From an uncultured virus (IMG/VR IMGVR_UViG_3300022602_000070) (taxonomy: Duplodnaviria > Heunggongvirae > Uroviricota > Caudoviricetes), in IMG/VR virus record IMGVR_UViG_3300022602_000070: a DNA stretch of 20,000 nt, one strand, 5' to 3'. The notes beneath the pieces were generated by a model. The model was not told the DNA's origin and ran no database searches. It saw only the letters and a list, made by a program, of their open reading frames with translations. A program made the position numbers and the translations under genes. Position 1 is the first letter of the stretch, and each line of letters opens with the position of its first letter. Shown here piece by piece: positions 16,848-20,000 of this stretch.

Positions 16848-17050
16848 AAGTCTAGTGAGTTAGAGACAATATTGGCAATGAGTTTATTGGGGCTAGCAGT
16901 AGTATTATTAATACGATCAATGTCAGCTAACGCTAGTTCTAGTATATTTACACGTTCTTCCAGAGTGTATACACGGTTGCGCAAATTGACTGAATCTAGC
17001 AAGCTGAGTAGACCGGTAATTAAGCGGGGGATAATCAAGTGTGTGTCCAT
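16844..17050 (-). CDS. Small coiled-coil hypothetical protein (68 aa)
   Basis: Heptad LEERVNILELAL; minus-strand CTATATA-ctagt-ATG suggests a leaderless start. Confidence 0.6.
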   Translation of the reverse strand: MDTHLIIPRLITGLLSLLDSVNLRNRVYTLEERVNILELALADIDRINNTTASPNKLIANIVSNSLDL

Positions 17051-17270
17051 ACTAGTATATAGTAGAGAAAGGGTTCTTGGGGAATCGTTTAGGACCCGCG
17101 CAAAAAATTATAAAGAAGTACTTATAGATTTAGAGGGGTGTTTTTACTTCGGTACCCATGCGCTTGTTGCGCTTGTAATAGTTTTGTAATATATACGTCT
17201 GGTGCCCCTGAGCCCCCACCCTCTCGACCAATTCTTTTTTATCTGATATCGGTCACTGATTCCGAAATCG

Positions 17271-17330
17271 AAAAGAAAAAAAGTCCCTAACCTTACTGCC
17301 GGGAGCGAATCGGACTTACTGGTTAGGGAC
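17271..17330 (-). terminator. Intrinsic terminator of the minus-strand early region
   Basis: Perfect 10-bp stem 17283-17292/17321-17330 followed on the minus strand by TTTTTTTCTTTT. Confidence 0.75.
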
Positions 17331-17397
17331 CACACTACCGACACAACCTAGTGGGAGCGAATCACGCGAGTTGTGCCTTACTGTATGCGGTATAGCT
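17276..17397 (-). ncRNA. Candidate structured sRNA or 3'UTR element with two identical anti-RBS loops (AUUCGCUCC), ending in a terminator
   Basis: Two hairpins (stems CACAAC/GTTGTG + GTG/CAC; GTCCCTAACC/GGTTAGGGAC + CCG/CGG) share the same 9-nt loop; three CAGUAAG motifs; U7 tail. Confidence 0.65.
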
Positions 17398-18282
17398 CTA
17401 GCGGCTATTGCGCATACATGTAACCTCTGCTACTGCCCTCCACTTATCGGGCATGCTAGCTCTTAAGTCTGCTACCTTAAGGACTGTACGCAAGCTCAGC
17501 TCACGCATACGATCCTTGTTGGCTTCTACAAAGTCTACTACATCCAGCTTGGCTTGATCACTAAGCTCATAGCTGTCTAACATGCCATGCTCAGTAACTA
17601 CCTGCTTAATACGGAGTACCTTCTCACGCTCTGTATCAATAGTCAAGTCCAAGTAGTGGCAACGGCTTTCCAATGCTTCCAAGTGATCCTTAAGCTTCTT
17701 AGACTTCACATGATCGAACTTGATATTGGTAATAAAGATAGCACCGCCTTTGAACTCGAAGCTGTTGGGCACACCTTCACTGCGTAGGAGCCTGCTGTCA
17801 GTGTTCCAATGGATAGTACGCTTCTTGCTGGTATCCAAAGCCGCTTTCAAGATGTTAAGGCTAAGGTCATCTAACAGTACTGAGTCACAGTCATCAAATA
17901 CTAGGATACACTTCTTGTCCGAATACTCATAGAGTTTGCTGTACAAGCCAATTGCTGACATTGCACCCTTGACCACTTCATACTTCTTGAGCTTTGAATC
18001 ATTAGCTACATCAGCGAAGACATCATGCTTTGATAGCACCTTCTCAACACCAAAGCTCTTACCTACGCCCGGAGGGCCTGTGACAATCATAGCCCTAACA
18101 TCACCCTTCTTCACAGCACGGGTCATGTCTTCTAAGATACCAAAACGATCACGCAAGCGATCCAAGATCTCTTCGTCTGTTTCATTGCGCAAGTCCTTCT
18201 TGACCGATTCCTGTTCAAGACTTGCTGTTTTGGGTTCTTGTTGTAATGCCATAAGCATCTTGCTCGTTACGACTCTAGCCAT
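17398..18282 (-). CDS. AAA+ / P-loop ATPase
   Basis: Walker A GPPGVGKS, Walker B LVFDDCD, sensor-1 IFITN, arginine finger ALESRC, ELSLR. Confidence 0.88.
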   Translation of the reverse strand: MARVVTSKMLMALQQEPKTASLEQESVKKDLRNETDEEILDRLRDRFGILEDMTRAVKKGDVRAMIVTGPPGVGKSFGVEKVLSKHDVFADVANDSKLKKYEVVKGAMSAIGLYSKLYEYSDKKCILVFDDCDSVLLDDLSLNILKAALDTSKKRTIHWNTDSRLLRSEGVPNSFEFKGGAIFITNIKFDHVKSKKLKDHLEALESRCHYLDLTIDTEREKVLRIKQVVTEHGMLDSYELSDQAKLDVVDFVEANKDRMRELSLRTVLKVADLRASMPDKWRAVAEVTCMRNSR

Positions 18283-18286
18283 TAGT

Positions 18287-18341
18287 TTCGCTCCTTAATG
18301 TTGTTAGTCTATATTATACTAGTCAATTAGGGAAATGTCAC
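18287..18341 (-). promoter_or_regulatory. Early sigma70 promoter plus GGAGCGAA RBS for the AAA ATPase
   Basis: GTGACA (18341-18336), 17-nt spacer, TATAAT (18318-18313); AAGGAGCGAAACTAATG. Confidence 0.8.
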
Positions 18342-18533
18342 TAGTAAATGGTAATACAGCACACCTGCCATCACCAAATACCAAATGATACTTTCCAAAT
18401 TGAATATGATGCCCACAAGAACCATCAGCCCCAAGCCTACCAAAAAGTGTAACATGAAACCAGTTTGAAATACCATCAAACTCAATAACATGACTATGGG
18501 CAAGAATACAAAGAAGCTGATGATTCTTAACAT
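18327..18533 (-). CDS. Small membrane protein (2-3 hydrophobic helices)
   Basis: 68 aa, almost entirely hydrophobic; starts 2 nt after the upstream stop. Confidence 0.7.
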   Translation of the reverse strand: MLRIISFFVFLPIVMLLSLMVFQTGFMLHFLVGLGLMVLVGIIFNLESIIWYLVMAGVLYYHLLVTFP

Positions 18534-18535
18534 GA

Positions 18536-18856
18536 TTAATCCAGTCTCGAACCAGCGTAGGCCTTCAAACCTAATGCTGTTAGGTAGTTGGCCAGTGCCT
18601 CTGCGCCTGCTTCCTTAACACTCACTGACTGAGTTGGAATCTTTGCTGGATCCCAATAGCTCAAGCATTTGGGTTTGTAGTCCTTGCGGAAGCCGGCTTT
18701 GATCAGTTCCTTTGCTTGAGCTGAGTTAGTACGGTCTACATAGACATCAACCCAACCAAAACCACATGCATCACGCTCGCCAATCTTTTGGTACATCTCA
18801 ACACCTGCGAGATGTGCTAGTACAAAACCTGCTTGAATCTGATCTGCTGTAATCAT
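18536..18856 (-). CDS. Hypothetical phage protein (ACGFGWV motif)
   Basis: 106 aa with its own promoter and AGGAGCGAAC RBS. Confidence 0.8.
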   Translation of the reverse strand: MITADQIQAGFVLAHLAGVEMYQKIGERDACGFGWVDVYVDRTNSAQAKELIKAGFRKDYKPKCLSYWDPAKIPTQSVSVKEAGAEALANYLTALGLKAYAGSRLD

Positions 18857-18858
18857 AG

Positions 18859-18918
18859 TTCGCTCCTATTAATTGCTGTTGAAGTAGTTATTATACTACC
18901 AAAGAGTTGGGTTGTCAA
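18859..18918 (-). promoter_or_regulatory. Consensus sigma70 early promoter plus GGAGCGAA RBS
   Basis: TTGACA (18918-18913), 17-nt spacer, TATAAT (18895-18890); AGGAGCGAACTATG. Confidence 0.9.
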
Positions 18919-19027
18919 TAGCCTTTCTTTTAGAGTGGGCTTTGATGCCTTCCTCTACGAACAAGCTCACTGCCAGAACTGCTAGGAATGCCCATAAAGG
19001 CCAAGTCATATAAAATGCTTCTAACAT
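18896..19027 (-). CDS. Small single-TM protein (43 aa, MLEAFYMTWPLWAFLAVLAVSLFVEEGIKAHSKRKAIDNPTLW), not in the ORF track
   Basis: Own consensus promoter and AAGGAGCGAAC RBS; hydrophobic helix followed by a basic tail; TAG stop. Confidence 0.75.
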   Translation of the reverse strand: MLEAFYMTWPLWAFLAVLAVSLFVEEGIKAHSKRKAIDNPTLW

Positions 19028-19029
19028 AG

Positions 19030-19082
19030 TTCGCTCCTTGTTACTATGAATTAATTATACTCTCTTACGCCACTTCTGTCAA
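19030..19082 (-). promoter_or_regulatory. Consensus sigma70 early promoter plus GGAGCGAA RBS
   Basis: TTGACA (19082-19077), 17-nt spacer, TATAAT (19059-19054); AAGGAGCGAACTATG. Confidence 0.9.
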
Positions 19083-19763
19083 ACGAATTACAAAACCGGA
19101 ATAATCTTTTTTGGCCCTGCCCTTAGCCTTCAATCCAAGCATAATGCCCTTAGGGTCTAAGAAGCGCAAGTCTGTTTCGTCTGCACTAGGAACACCCTCT
19201 GGGATTTTGTCGTAGACAGCAACCACTGACATACCTTGTAATAGTGCTTCTGCAACATCAGCATCATTGCCGTCTGCCTTGCTGAATGTAAGGTGGTAGT
19301 TAGGGTACTTAGCGACCTTACGACCTAAGACCTTAGTGTAGTCATAGAACTGTACATTAGGGAACAATTCGAAAATGTTCTTGTCGTGTATAGTGTACTT
19401 CTCCCAGCTCAAGTCGCTCGTACCATTCAAACGGAACACGGGAATTAATCCACGCTTCTCTGCGAACTTGATAGCCTTTTGAATGTCTTCGTAGAGGTCT
19501 TGCATGAAGTAATCACGTGCCTCAAAGAAGTATTTGGTCTTGCGGATGCGAGCCTTTTGAATTGTATTCGTTGTCTCGCCCTTTTTGAACATACCGCCAC
19601 GCCCTGCTAGATTAAGGCAAGCGGCCGTGCATCCTGCTGTCCGCTTTGGGCATGTTTCACGCCCGCTCAAGTCAGCAGGTGCAAGGTGCAGGATGAAGCT
19701 GAGGTAGCCCATCTTAGTACCCTTTTGGATTTTAGGGTTTGCTGTACTTAATAGTTTGAACAT
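19065..19763 (-). CDS. GP88-like phage protein with a Cys cluster (C-x6-C-x3-C)
   Basis: TCPKRTAGCTAACL, RLNGTSD and FYDYTK motifs as remembered for the 'gene product 88' family. Start at ATG 19763 after GGAGCGAAAC. Confidence 0.65.
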   Translation of the reverse strand: MFKLLSTANPKIQKGTKMGYLSFILHLAPADLSGRETCPKRTAGCTAACLNLAGRGGMFKKGETTNTIQKARIRKTKYFFEARDYFMQDLYEDIQKAIKFAEKRGLIPVFRLNGTSDLSWEKYTIHDKNIFELFPNVQFYDYTKVLGRKVAKYPNYHLTFSKADGNDADVAEALLQGMSVVAVYDKIPEGVPSADETDLRFLDPKGIMLGLKAKGRAKKDYSGFVIRLTEVA

Positions 19764-19765
19764 GT

Positions 19766-19824
19766 TTCGCTCCACGTTTCGTTGTTGATGTAAGTATTAT
19801 ACCCTCTTTTGGAGGGTATGTCAA
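19766..19824 (-). promoter_or_regulatory. Consensus sigma70 early promoter plus GGAGCGAA RBS
   Basis: TTGACA (19824-19819), 17-nt spacer, TATAAT (19801-19796); GTGGAGCGAAACATG. Confidence 0.9.
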
Positions 19825-19826
19825 CC

Positions 19827-20000
19827 TTAGAGTTTAATTAAATCAGTTGAACCGATGCTGGCTACTTGAGGGACGATGTTAGTGAAGCTGGCCTTTACAG
19901 GGCGAACTTGAGCACGAACACGGCCTAGCTTCTCAACTACCCCAATAACAAGACTACCAGCATTGTGCCAGCTGACCATTGCTACACGATCACCTACTTT
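19827..20000 (-). CDS. 5'-truncated small beta-barrel (SH3/KOW-like) hypothetical protein
   Basis: Open frame KVGDRVAMVSWHNAGSLVIGVVEKLGRVRAQVRP...DLIKL* ends just before the next promoter. Confidence 0.6.
   Translation of the reverse strand, partial: KVGDRVAMVSWHNAGSLVIGVVEKLGRVRAQVRPVKASFTNIVPQVASIGSTDLIKL

Larger units (their letters stand above)
16626..17124. repeat. Two dispersed copies of a bipartite 27-bp element GCGCAAAAAA-N7-GAAGTACTTA
   Basis: Copies at 16626-16652 and 17098-17124; both 10-bp halves and the spacing are identical. Confidence 0.8.

Noticed and set aside
16600..17097. 7-bp inverted pair GGGTCCT/AGGACCC as mobile-element ends
   Set aside because: Too short, with no transposase or target-site duplication.
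17144..17344. 66-aa minus-strand ORF in the track
   Set aside because: It starts inside the hairpin element, has no RBS and runs through the terminator; the region is better explained as structured RNA plus non-coding DNA.
17331..17397. Possible tRNA
   Set aside because: No cloverleaf, TTCGA T-loop or CCA end; it folds as a single long hairpin.
16839..18298. Plus-strand ORFs 16839..17189, 17587..17787, 17720..17932 and 17936..18298
   Set aside because: They are antisense to coupled minus-strand genes and the AAA ATPase, with no expression signals.
1..20000. Stop-codon reassignment as seen in some large phages
   Set aside because: Genes are intact and tightly packed in code 11, and TAA, TGA and TAG all end plausible genes.

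Overview
A 20 kb segment of a large T4-like (myovirus/jumbo-type) phage genome, read in the standard code. Positions 1-14.6 kb are a mostly plus-strand, AT-rich replication and recombination block: gp32-like SSB, UvsX, UvsY, UvsW helicase, a 2OG-Fe(II) oxygenase, a probable clamp-loader small subunit, a miniature 189-aa DnaE-like polymerase core, primase, the N-terminal half of a carbamoyltransferase and a gp41/DnaB helicase. Positions 14.7-17.3 kb hold small genes (GNAT-like, PG-binding/M23 peptidase) separated by repeat- and palindrome-rich non-coding DNA. Positions 17.4-20 kb are a minus-strand, visibly GC-richer early-type region with four consensus or near-consensus sigma70 promoters, each followed by the same extended RBS, GGAGCGAA. 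The main finding is a candidate structured RNA at the 3' end of that early region (17276-17397, minus strand). It carries two hairpins with an identical 9-nt loop, AUUCGCUCC, complementary to that RBS, suggesting a phage-encoded anti-Shine-Dalgarno sRNA that could silence the early regulon. Several replication and late genes look leaderless and would be immune. All calls come from motif reading by eye; no searches or folding programs were run.
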